From positions 224,001 through 288,000 of the forward strand of contig CBDCLE010000002.1 of NCBI GenBank assembly GCA_965218585.1: a stretch of 64,000 nt of DNA. The letters are read 5' to 3'. The notes under the pieces are model-generated. The model was given only the letters and a program-made list of their open reading frames with translations. It was not told where the DNA came from and ran no database searches. This document shows, one piece after another, positions 53,001 to 63,031 of this stretch (its first letter is position 1; every line of letters begins with the position of its first letter). Source of the DNA: Terriglobia bacterium (GTDB lineage: Bacteria; Acidobacteriota; Terriglobia; 20CM-2-55-15). The position numbers and the translations under genes were made by a program.

Positions 53001-56000
53001 TGACGACCTTCCGGATCGCGTGGTTCCCCACCTCGGAGACGTACAGGTTCCCATCACCATCACCCCACAGGCCTCTGGGCCGATCCAACCCGGCCGCTCC
53101 GCCCGTTCCGTCTGCCGTCCCCGATGTCGCCGACCCCGCCAGCGTCGTAACAGCACCAGTCGAAATCACGATCTTTCGAATCGAGGCGTTCGTATCCTCA
53201 CCGACGTAGAGATTGCCGGCGTCATCGCCCCAAACACCCCATGGCTCGTGGAAGCGGGCCACCGCTCCGGTGTCGTTGACCAAGCCCGTGGCACCGAACG
53301 TCCCGGCCAAAGTCGTGACCACTCCGGTTGAAATCACGATCTTCCGGATCACATGGTTCCCGGCATCGGCCACATACAGATTGCCCGACGTGTCACCCCA
53401 GATGCCACCCAGCTCCCCGAAACGCGCGGCGGTTCCTGTGGCGTTGACCATTCCGCTAGTTCCCTTGAGCTCCGCAATCGTCGTGACCTCACCCGTCGCG
53501 ATGACGACCTTCCGGATTGCGAAGTTGTTCCGCTCGGCCACGTACAGGTTGCCGTTGCCATCTCCCCAGATCCCCGCCGTCTCATCGAATCGGGCGGCTA
53601 AACCGGTCCCGTCTGCGGTCCCCGAGATGCCGTTTCCAGCAAGTGTTGTCACGCGACCCGTCGACAGGGAGATCTGACGCACCGTATGGTTCTCCCGCGA
53701 CGTGGTGTAGAGGTTCGTCCCGTCGCTCCAAACACCATGGGGCCTTTCGTACTTCGGAACGTCGGGTGAGACGCCAACCCAGAAATCGGATTCGGTTGTC
53801 GAAACTTCGTTGTTGATATTGACGTAGCGATACTGAATCGCCCCAGTCGAGAACAGGACGATCTGGAAGGTACTCAGTCCTCCGAGTGAAGTCTTGCCAA
53901 AAAGCCCCATCTTCTCGTAAGTGATTGCGAACGCCTGCGTCCCACCCACGGTCAGGGAGTTCGTAAAGACCTTGCTCCCGGACACGATATAAAGATCTGT
54001 CGCCAGGGCGGAGATACGCGCACGTGAAAGGAAAGTGCTTTCACTGAAGTTAAACGTGCTGTCGCCGCTACCAAACGTCAGGTTGCCATTGATGTTGACG
54101 TAGAGAGAACTGTGATTCGTCCCGAAGAACGGGAAAGAGAACGGCAGAGCTGGCGTCGTGGCCGAACCGACCAATTGTGTCCCATCGTCGACCGATCCAC
54201 TGAACGTGAGGTTTGTTCCGGACGTCTGCTGCGCGACGGTCGTGGGCACGCTCACTCCAGACGGGACGAAGTTGAGAACCTCTCCGTTCAGGAGCGATGG
54301 AGCCCGGGGACCAGCCACGGTCAGCGTTGTTGAACCTACTGCAAGTGCTGAGAGCGTTCCTGTCGTCGTAAGGCTCCCACTCGAGAACTCCAGACTCGAT
54401 CCAACGCTTGCAATGCCAGTAGCCGCCGTGCTCGCACCGATTTCCAGTTCGGCACTTTCCGTGTCGCTCGATCGGGTCACAGTAAACGAGGTCGACCCTC
54501 CCTGCGGAATCGTGATCGTACCGGACAGCGTCACACTTATCGTGCCGAAAGCACTTATCACAACCAGGGGGCCCGAGATTGTTGAAACTCCGGATGTCGA
54601 AGCGCTGATAGTTGTTGTTCCTGCAACAAGGCCGCGGATGGTCGCTATCGTTGAAAGACTGCCAGCTGGAATCTGTACCGTCGTCGAACTCACGGTAGAA
54701 CCACCGACCAGGAAACCTGCGTTAGTCGGCGCACTGGAAGTCAGCGTAACCGACGTTGCAGCCGTCCGAACATTGTTGATACTGACGCTGACCGCAGAAT
54801 TCGTGCTGACAAGGATGGTCCCAAACCCGGAAAGGGACAGACTATCTGGGTCCGTGGTACTACCGGTCGTAAACGAGAAGGAATCGGAGCCCCCACCGCC
54901 ACCGGTTGAGGGTGGATTGGTGACACTCAGCGTGTGGGAGCCGTCCTTGTTGCCGTCCGTCGGTACTGTGAACTGTATGGTCGTGCTGGTGACACGCGTC
55001 GGTACGATCGCACGTCCATCCAGGGTCAACTGCAGGGTCGGCAAGAAACCGGTACCCGTGATCGTGACCGTATCGCCGTCGCTCACCGTGTCCGGATCCG
55101 TGATCGACGTGATGTCCGGGACCGGAGCCGCTGCCTGAAGTACGGTCAGCAGCAACCCGTTCGAATCCGGTGCCCCCGGACTGGCCACTGTGATCTCATA
55201 GGTCCCGGCAATCAAAAGCCCAAAGAAGGTGCCGCCGAGAGACGTCGGCCCGTTGAACCGGGTGGGAAGCGCCACCCCGTCGATCAGGATCTCGGAACCG
55301 TCAACGAAGTTCTCTCCCCCCACGTCTATGGTCTGGACTGCGCCTTCGAGAGCTCTTTCCGGTGACAGTGAAGTCAGGACCGGAGCCGCATTCGTCACCG
55401 TGAACATCACGTCGTTGGAGGTGCCTCCACCCGGCACCGGATTCGTCACCGTGATCATGTGCTCGCCGGCCGCTGTTCCTCGGGGCACGGTCACCTCGAT
55501 CGTGGTTGCATCCAGATAACGCCCATCACCCAGCGACACCGTCGAGGTCGGGATGAATCCGCTCCCGGTCAGTGTGAGGGTGACCGGTAACTGGTCGACC
55601 CGTGCCGCCACCCGGTCGATCGCCTCGATCACCGGTACCGGGTTGCCGATGGCGAACGAGAGAGCATTCGAGATCCCCCCTCCCGGGGCCGGCGTGACCA
55701 CCGTCACTGCCAGGGTCCCGGCCACGGTGACCCCAAGTGAGGTCGGGCTACCCAGCGTCAGGGCCGTCACCGCCGCATCTCCCACACTGAAGATGAGCGT
55801 CCCCGAATCCACGAACGTCGTCTCGGTCCGACTCCCATCGATGTGTACGACCGAAGTGGGCAGGAATCCACTACCGGATACGGTCACCTCTACAGGCAAC
55901 TCGGCCAGACTGACTCTTGAGGGTGACAGGTCGGACAGTTCCGGCACCGGGTTCCTCACCAGCAGCGTGCCGCCGCCGGCCTCCCCCCCGCCCGGTGGCG

Positions 56001-58710
56001 GCGTGAACACTCCGATCCCAAACTCGCCCGGCACCCTGAGCAGCGCCGACGGGATCTGACCGCTCAACTCGGTGTTACTGATAAAGTCGGTCCCAATCCG
56101 GGTCCCGGCCACCGTGATCACCGAACTGGCCTGGAAGTTGGCCCCTGTCACCGTTATGTCTGTGGCCACACCCACACCGGCTTCTGACGGACTGAAACCG
56201 GTAATCTGGGGCGGGGCCGTCAATACGCTGATCGAGAACGAGGCCGCCCCGCCTCCCGGTGTCGGGTTCGCAATCACACCGGACAATGTCCCCGGCACCT
56301 GCAACAGGTCTGCCGGAATACTGGCATCGATCGACGTCGAGGTGATCGATGCGTTCAGGGTCTGACCCCCAAGGGACACTTCCGTCTCGGGTATGAAGCC
56401 TTCGCCGCCGATCGACAACCCTGCGACACCGTGTTCTGTCCCCGGTTCGTTACCACCGCGATCCCGGTCACCGAGTTCACCGCCACTCCTGCTGGCCGGC
56501 TCCCGACCTGGATCGTGCCCGTCACCGTCAATGTGTTCAGATCGATCACGCTGACCGTCGCGTCTTCTCCGCTCACCACCACGGCCAGGTTCCGCGTCTG
56601 ATCGATGGCCAGTCCCAGCGGGAACCGCCCCACCTCCACCGTTGCGGTCACCGTCATCGTCGCCAGATCGATCACGCTCACGTCGTTGCTGCCTACGTTG
56701 GCCACCAGCGCCAGGTCCAGCTCTGCGTGGATATCCACACCTTCGCCCGGGCTCCGGCCCACCGTGATCGTCTCGGTCACCGTCAGAGTGTTCAGATCGA
56801 TCACGCTCACGTTGTCGCTGGACTCATTGCTCACCACTGCGATCTGCCGCGTCGGATGGATGGCCACTCCGGCCGGAAACGATCCCACCGATACCCGCCC
56901 TTCGATCAACGGGTTGTCCGGCTCCGGGTTCACCACAAACACCGATGCACTGGTGGTCCCCCCGCCCGGCGGCGGCGTGGTCACCGTAATCTGGGCATCA
57001 CCAATCTGGCTGAGCAGTGTGGACGGGATCACCGCCTGCAGCTCGACCGAGCTGACAAACGTGGTCTGCAGGGACTCGCCGTTGAACTGGACTACCGAGG
57101 CCGGGTTGAACTCCGACCCCAACACGGTGATGTTCAACAACTGGTTCCCCGAGAATGCCGACGAGGGCGACACAAAGCTCAAACCCGGCACCTCGGAGGG
57201 CACCACCCCGCCGGCCTGGAAGTCCTGACCGTCCACATTCTCGGTGGCCAGCTCTACGGTCCGTTCCGCTGGCACCAACTGCGCACCAATCCGGCTGGCC
57301 GTTACTGTGTAACTGCCGGGTGGCAGCTGCCCGAATATGTACCGTCCGTCTGCATCCGTGGTCCGGGTCTGGGTCACTGGGCCCGCAAGCGACACCGTCA
57401 CATCGGCTACACCCACGCCGTCCTGGGTCACACGGCCCGTGATCGCCGCTGCGATCTGGGCCGGGGGGATAAAGTCTGTCGCGATGTTCTCGGCTGGTAC
57501 ATTGGCCAGAGCAAAACCGTTGATCCCTCCAAACAGCGCCGCACTGACCACATCGACACTCGATCGCAGGTAGGCCCAGCCTCCTACCTGTTCCAGCGCT
57601 GCCGTCAGTAACTCCCGGTACAACCGGCCAATCCGTCCATTAGCCGGCACGGTGAACGTGGCCTTCCCCACCGTCGTCCCGTCCGGCAGCAAGGTGAAAA
57701 ACTCTACTTCCGCATCGGTCTCACCCGGGTTCACGATCGTCAGGCCCGTAAAGAAGCCGCTCCCCTCGGCTACCTGCGAATACACCTGAAGGCGCGATGC
57801 GCGTTCGGTCTCCGTCCCCGATACCAGTGCAAACGATGGGGTCGTCTGGTTCCCGAACCCGATATACGACGTCACAAACCCTACGGGCGTTGTGATATCG
57901 ATCCAACCCACACTCAGCTACGTGTCGTCCGTGATCGCAAACAGCTCGGCCACTGTCCCCCGCCAGCTCGCGTTCGCTCCCAGCGTGATCGTCTTCGGGT
58001 TCTCGGGCAGATCCCACAACGTCCCGTCGTCCTTCTTCGCCGTCAGCACCAGGTCCTGCGTGGTCTGCGCCGTGTTCACCAGCCCGATGAAGGACAGCCA
58101 GCCGGCACCACTGACAAACTGCGACAGGATCTGGCGCGTCGACTCGGTCGGTACCCGTCCTCCGGCCGCGATCGTCTCCCGTCTCAGTGCGGTCCCTGTG
58201 ACCTGGAAGTCCACCACCACTTCGTGTGCTACCAGGGCCCGGTCTCCGGTCACCACGACGTGGGAGGCTGTACTGAGGTCCGCTTCAGCAAACAATCCGG
58301 TCAGCGTTTGTCGCAGCAGGGCCTTCGGCTCCAAAGACACGCTGACCGTCCCCAGCTGGCTCCCGTCCATCCCGTACAGCGTCAGCGTCGCCGTCGCCGC
58401 TTCCTCCCCTGGGTTTACCACTGTCAGCTCGGTCTTTGCTGTCGCATCTTCCACCGCAAACGGCAGCACGTACTCCACCTCCGCCGAAAGCGCGATGGCG
58501 CCATCTAAATCCGTCACCGCAGGGTTCGCGTTCAGGAAAAACCCCGTCAATCCCCTCGTCGCCGAGGTCGCCTGCATCCACCCGTTGAACTCACCTGCGC
58601 CGAACAGTTCCGCATACAGCCGCGACAGCTGCCCGCCCGCGGCCACCTCCACCGTCAGCGGGTTCTCCACTCCTGTCCCGGCCACCAAGGTTCCATCCGA
58701 CCTATACGCG
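50094..58710 (-). pseudogene. Giant surface protein (IPT/TIG, YVTN, NIDO-like and NHL-like propellers), 5'-truncated by IS110 and broken internally
   Basis: Co-linear ORFs 57918-58710, 56355-57911, 50182-56418 and tail 50094-50190; in-frame TAG at 57918-57920; frame break near 56420; about 2900 codons remain. Confidence 0.8.
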
Positions 58711-58715
58711 TTTCT

Positions 58716-59098
58716 ATGGAAGGGGCTGTCAAGAGAAACACGTCCCCGCCGAGCGGACCACCGGACCCAACACTGTCGTGGCAGCCAGCCCCTGTCTCCG
58801 TTGAGACGAACTGTTGATCCGGCATCGCAGAGAAGTCGATCACTCATCACAACGTGGTGTGGTTTCGAGAAACTGAAAAGCGCAAAGGGGTCGTGATTGC
58901 CGACCACGGTTCTATCTGAGCCTCGAGGGCTATCGCTTTTCCAGGTCGTGCGAGGGGGGATAGAGTATTACATGGGCCTTCAGCAAGCGCTGTGTGCCAA
59001 CCGCGTATCGGATCCTCACCCTCGACCCTACCGTTCCGACGCCTCACCGACGACGAGCGGTCGAATGCCTCGCGCTGTCGGCAGAAGTCTGGAAACGG
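58716..59098 (-). ncRNA. Candidate IS110 bridge/seek RNA
   Basis: Long non-coding end with internal-loop stems and segments matching the element end and the flank (see findings). Confidence 0.55.
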
Positions 59099-60160
59099 CT
59101 ATGTCGCCAAGTTCAGTTTCTTTGCGTTAAACGTGTCTCCTTTCTTCCACATCTTCAGTGCGGTCGCTGCAATCTTCCTCGCCAGTGTCAGCCGAGCCAT
59201 CTCCTTACGCTTGCCGTCTTTCTGGAGCCCCTCCAGGTAGCTTTTCCAAGGTTCGGCCCCCATGCCTCCGGTCGCCGCCCCGATGAACACACCTTTCAAA
59301 CGTCGGTTGCCGTTGCGGTTCAGTCCCCGCGTGGCGATCGGCTTTCGACGACGTACCACACGACTCCCTTCCTGCTCATACTCCGCACTCATGTGCATTG
59401 CCACGGCCAGACCGCTGTAGTTCCAGAGCTGGCGTTTGGTTCGAAATCGATGCGGGGTGTCCCCCGTCGCTACAATCAAGGCGCAACGTATCGGTCCCAA
59501 CTGGGGAATCGTCTGCAATATCCCCACCGCACGATGCTTGCGGCTCTCGGTTAACATCGCCAGCTTCGCTTTTTTTCTTAACCCTCTCAGATGATCCAGC
59601 TCCTCATACAACCATCCGGTACGCCGCCGTGCACCGGTATTGGCGAGCTGTTCGATCCAGTGTTCCCGCTGCGATGGGAGGTAGACGCCGTGGCCCGGCG
59701 TCCGGATCCCACGTCCTCGATACATTGCCTTGATCCGAACCATCGTCCGCTGCGTATCCAGGGTCAAGGTCTCATATCCGCGGACCAGTTCTTTCAACGT
59801 CCGCGTCGCATCGTGCCCGTGGTAGACCGACCGCAGCCATCCGGCCCGGAGCAGCTCGGCCAGTTTCAGGGCATCCACCCGGTCGGTCTTGGACCCGTCA
59901 CTGAGCAGTTTGTTCCGTCTGGGATCACACACGATCACTTCGCTCACATATCCCCGGACCACGTTGTAGAGCCATTCGGCCTGCGTGGTTTCTTCAAACG
60001 TCACGTGCAGCTCACCACTCAGACTCTCCAGCAAATCAATGATTGGCCCGGCCTGGGTCTCTACGATCTTTTCCCAGACCAGTTTGCCGTCTGCGTTTAA
60101 GACCATCACCACCGTCGTTGCCTGGTGCACATCCATGCCGATATACTTGGCCTGTTTCAT
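59099..60160 (-). CDS. IS110-family recombinase/transposase
   Basis: YIGMDVH, VTFEE and KTDRVDA (DEDD RuvC-like); C-terminal TIPQLGP, RF, SA, GNRRLK, LARK. Confidence 0.92.
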   Translation of the reverse strand: MKQAKYIGMDVHQATTVVMVLNADGKLVWEKIVETQAGPIIDLLESLSGELHVTFEETTQAEWLYNVVRGYVSEVIVCDPRRNKLLSDGSKTDRVDALKLAELLRAGWLRSVYHGHDATRTLKELVRGYETLTLDTQRTMVRIKAMYRGRGIRTPGHGVYLPSQREHWIEQLANTGARRRTGWLYEELDHLRGLRKKAKLAMLTESRKHRAVGILQTIPQLGPIRCALIVATGDTPHRFRTKRQLWNYSGLAVAMHMSAEYEQEGSRVVRRRKPIATRGLNRNGNRRLKGVFIGAATGGMGAEPWKSYLEGLQKDGKRKEMARLTLARKIAATALKMWKKGDTFNAKKLNLAT

Positions 60161-60359
60161 TTACGTGCTCCTTTGTCTTTGAATTCAACGCAGCTACGTT
60201 GAATGGGTTGTTGTCGGGAGATTTTCCTCCTGGCAACAGCCGACAAAGGGGCGTCCTTCCTTATAGCGTTGTATGCGCCCGCATTTGAGCGGGCCATGGT
60301 TGCGCTGACCGGGGGCCACTCAAAACAATGACGATTGAATACGAACCGATTCCTCCCGG

Positions 60360-60557
60360 GTGGAGGCCTCCGAGTTGTACATCGGCGAACCGGTCTGCTT
60401 GGTGCGTCGGGGCCGGCGAAGGGAGGGCATTATTGACGGGATTCAACTCGCAGTGGCGCCCTACGGGCGTGACACGGTCATTGTCCGGCTTGATGCCGGC
60501 GGTCGCGTTCATGCGGTCCCCGAAGAACAGCAGGGGGTCAAACGAATGGAAGAATGA
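60360..60557 (+). CDS. Small hypothetical protein
   Basis: 65-aa ORF with a beta-rich pattern (GEPVCL..EGII..VIVRLD); weak support. Confidence 0.35.
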   Translation: MEASELYIGEPVCLVRRGRRREGIIDGIQLAVAPYGRDTVIVRLDAGGRVHAVPEEQQGVKRMEE

Positions 60558-60734
60558 AGAACGCAATCACCCGGAAGCACATTGTTTTCAGACGTCAGGG
60601 TTGCGTCAAGGGTGCCACCGACCAGACCAGCGATAGGGTGGTGTAAGAATTCAGTGATCTGAGGGTTTTCGAAGTCAGACTGGTCAAGTGGAATCCAATC
60701 TGTGAGGCAACGGTTACCTTAGGGAGAATCATCC

Positions 60735-61850
60735 ATGTTCAACATCAGCAGACGCCGGTTTCTGGGGGCGGCTGGCCCGTTGGCTGCCATGTCAGCCATG
60801 ACTCAAGAGGGGACAGCCGCCGCCCCCTCCGCTCAGGCCGACATTAGTGGACTGCCACGCGTCCGGCAGGAGTCGGTCGACCCGCCTTTTGTTCCCGAGC
60901 ACGAGCAGGTCGCCGCAGGCGGCCCGAAGATTATCGAGGTGGAGCTTGTCGTCCAGGAAGGCAAGAGGGTGATCGACGATGCCGGTACCGAAATCCAAGC
61001 CCTCATGTTCAACGATTCCATTCCAGGCCCTCTGATCATCTGCCACGAGGGGGACTACGTCGAGCTCACGCTGAAGAATCCGGAGGGCAATGTCTTCGGG
61101 CACAATGTCGACTTTCATGCCTCGACCGGGGCCCTGGGCGGAGGTGCCCTGACACACGTGCAACCGGGTGAACAGGTCCGGCTGCGCTGGAAGGCGGTCA
61201 AGCCGGGCACCTTCATCTATCACTGTGCGCCAGGTGGCTCGATGATTCCATACCATGTGGTTTCCGGTATGAATGGGGCCGTCATGGTGCTGCCAAGGGC
61301 CGGCCTCCAGGATCGCGATGGCACGCCCATCCGTTACGACAAAGCCTACTATGTCGGCGAGCAGGACTACTACATTCCCCGAGATTCTGACGGCAACTTC
61401 ATGAAGTACGAGGGCCCGGCGGACGGTATTGCCGATGTCCTGGAGGTGATGCGCAACCTTACGCCGACCCATGTGGTGTTCAATGGCCGGGTCGGTGCGC
61501 TGACCGGCGATGGCGCCATGAGGGCCCAGGTGGGCGAGACCGTCTTGTTCATCCACTCCCAGGCCAACCGGGATTCCAGGCCGCACCTGATCGGCGGACA
61601 TGGGGACTACGTGTGGGAACAGGGTTCATTTGCCGACCCCCCGGCTCACGGGCTTCAGACCTGGTTCGTCCGGGGCGGCTCGGCGGGCGCGGCCATCTAC
61701 ACTTTCAGGCAGCCGGGCCTCTATGCGTACCTCACCCACAACCTGATCGAGGCGGTCGAGTTGGGTGCCCTAGCCCATGTCATGGTCGATGGCGACTGGG
61801 ATAATGATCTGATGACGCAGGTTCAGGCTCCGGCGCCGATTCCGGGGTAA
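60735..61850 (+). CDS. nirK: Copper-containing nitrite reductase with Tat signal
   Basis: SRRRFL Tat motif; [31 protein letters not shown] and THNLIEA Cu ligands. Confidence 0.96.
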   Translation: MFNISRRRFLGAAGPLAAMSAMTQEGTAAAPSAQADISGLPRVRQESVDPPFVPEHEQVAAGGPKIIEVELVVQEGKRVIDDAGTEIQALMFNDSIPGPLIICHEGDYVELTLKNPEGNVFGHNVDFHASTGALGGGALTHVQPGEQVRLRWKAVKPGTFIYHCAPGGSMIPYHVVSGMNGAVMVLPRAGLQDRDGTPIRYDKAYYVGEQDYYIPRDSDGNFMKYEGPADGIADVLEVMRNLTPTHVVFNGRVGALTGDGAMRAQVGETVLFIHSQANRDSRPHLIGGHGDYVWEQGSFADPPAHGLQTWFVRGGSAGAAIYTFRQPGLYAYLTHNLIEAVELGALAHVMVDGDWDNDLMTQVQAPAPIPG

Positions 61851-61870
61851 GCTTCTTTCCGGGGATAGGG

Positions 61871-62697
61871 GGTTCTGGTGCAGACAGGCAACGGACTTGG
61901 CGATAATGGGTTATGGCGCATCAGAAAACTGAGCGGAATCCTCTATTTGCCGGACGTTGGTTCGAAGACGACATCATTCTCCTCTGCCTTCGCTGGTATT
62001 TTCGCTTCAAATTAAGTTACCGAGACCTGGGCGCGATTTTAGGTGAACGGGGTTTATCGATTTCGCACACCACGATTTTGCGTTGGGTCATTCGTTATGC
62101 TGAAACTTGCGAGAAGCGCTGGAACCGATTCGAGCGACAGGTGGGTGGGAGCTGGCGAGTTGATGAAACATTCATCAAGGTGCGAGGCCAGTTGATGTAC
62201 CTGTATCGAGCCGTGGATGGACAAGGCAACACCGTGGAGTTCTGTCTGAGTCGAACACGCGGCATTGCGGCGGCGAAGGCCTTCTTTCGCAAGGCACTGA
62301 AGCATCATCGGGAGCCACACAGCATCACCCTGGATGGCCACCAGCCGAGCCATAGCGCCCTGCGGCGCATGGGAATGAACGGTGAGTTCAACTTCCGGGG
62401 GCGGAACCCGGTGAAGATTCGTTGCTGTCAATACCTGAACAACGTTGTGGAGCAGGACCACCGCCGGGTGAAGAGGCGATTGCGCCCGATGTTGGGATTC
62501 AAGACGTTCGACAATGCGCGACGCGTCATTATCGGCATCGAACTGGCGCAGAAGATTCACAAACGCCAGTTCGCAATTCCGATCACATTGCAGTCGAATC
62601 CCGCAGTGACCTGGCGTCACGTCATGGCAGCATAGTCCGTCTCGCTGCGGCACACTCCTGGTCTTATCGCTCCGACAATCTTATCTGCACCAGAACC
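61871..62697 (+). mobile_element. IS6-family insertion sequence
   Basis: 14-bp perfect IR ggttctggtgcaga (61871-61884) / tctgcaccagaacc (62684-62697); 827 bp; no flanking duplication seen. Confidence 0.9.
61913..62635 (+). CDS. IS6-family transposase
   Basis: LSYRDL, SWRVDETFIKV, YLYRAVD, YLNNVVEQDHR, MLGFK. Confidence 0.93.
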   Translation: MAHQKTERNPLFAGRWFEDDIILLCLRWYFRFKLSYRDLGAILGERGLSISHTTILRWVIRYAETCEKRWNRFERQVGGSWRVDETFIKVRGQLMYLYRAVDGQGNTVEFCLSRTRGIAAAKAFFRKALKHHREPHSITLDGHQPSHSALRRMGMNGEFNFRGRNPVKIRCCQYLNNVVEQDHRRVKRRLRPMLGFKTFDNARRVIIGIELAQKIHKRQFAIPITLQSNPAVTWRHVMAA

Positions 62698-62702
62698 CCC
62701 CT

Positions 62703-62885
62703 TGATCTGGAAGCTACTGCGTGTTGTTGAAAAATCTTGGCGACACTTAACCTGGCGACACTTAAAAAGGATCCGATCTCTTACAAGAGGTCTATGATGG
62801 TCAGCACTTCGCTGATGGCATCAGAGTCGTGACGAAAGCGAAGGCCGCCGCCTGATGACTTTTACACACCTTTTGTGATGACCTC
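62703..62885 (+). mobile_element. IS256 right-end remnant
   Basis: Diverged copy of 38299-38465 including the transposase stop and right IR; has a 13-bp tandem duplication tggcgacacttaa. Confidence 0.85.
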
Positions 62886-63031
62886 TCGACATGGCATTGC
62901 CTAAGTTCAACGCGATACGCCTGCTGGAGTTCAAATGACATTCTGGCGGCCCGCTCTGGCGAGGCCGCCACTACCCAGGCACAATCTAGCAGACCATCAC
63001 CAAGTCCAGACTCTCCGGTGAGCGTGGGTGC

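Larger units (their letters stand above)
58709..60268 (-). mobile_element. IS110-family (IS1111-like layout) element
   Basis: Recombinase plus ~390-nt downstream non-coding end; CG dinucleotide at both boundaries (58709-10, 60267-68); short subterminal GGAAGG inverted match; outward TTGACA at 58727-58732. Confidence 0.8.

Noticed and set aside
50100-53750. Periodic DNA repeats as a CRISPR array or DGR template/variable repeats
   Set aside because: The repeats are ~165-bp degenerate coding repeats varying at synonymous sites; no identical repeat-spacer pattern, and no cas or reverse transcriptase gene.
57918-57920. In-frame TAG as pyrrolysine or stop-codon reassignment
   Set aside because: TAG ends normal genes here (purH, efp) and no pyl genes are seen; the gene is otherwise damaged.
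60560-60734. FNR/NnrR box upstream of nirK
   Set aside because: No TTGAT-N4-ATCAA-like palindrome found.
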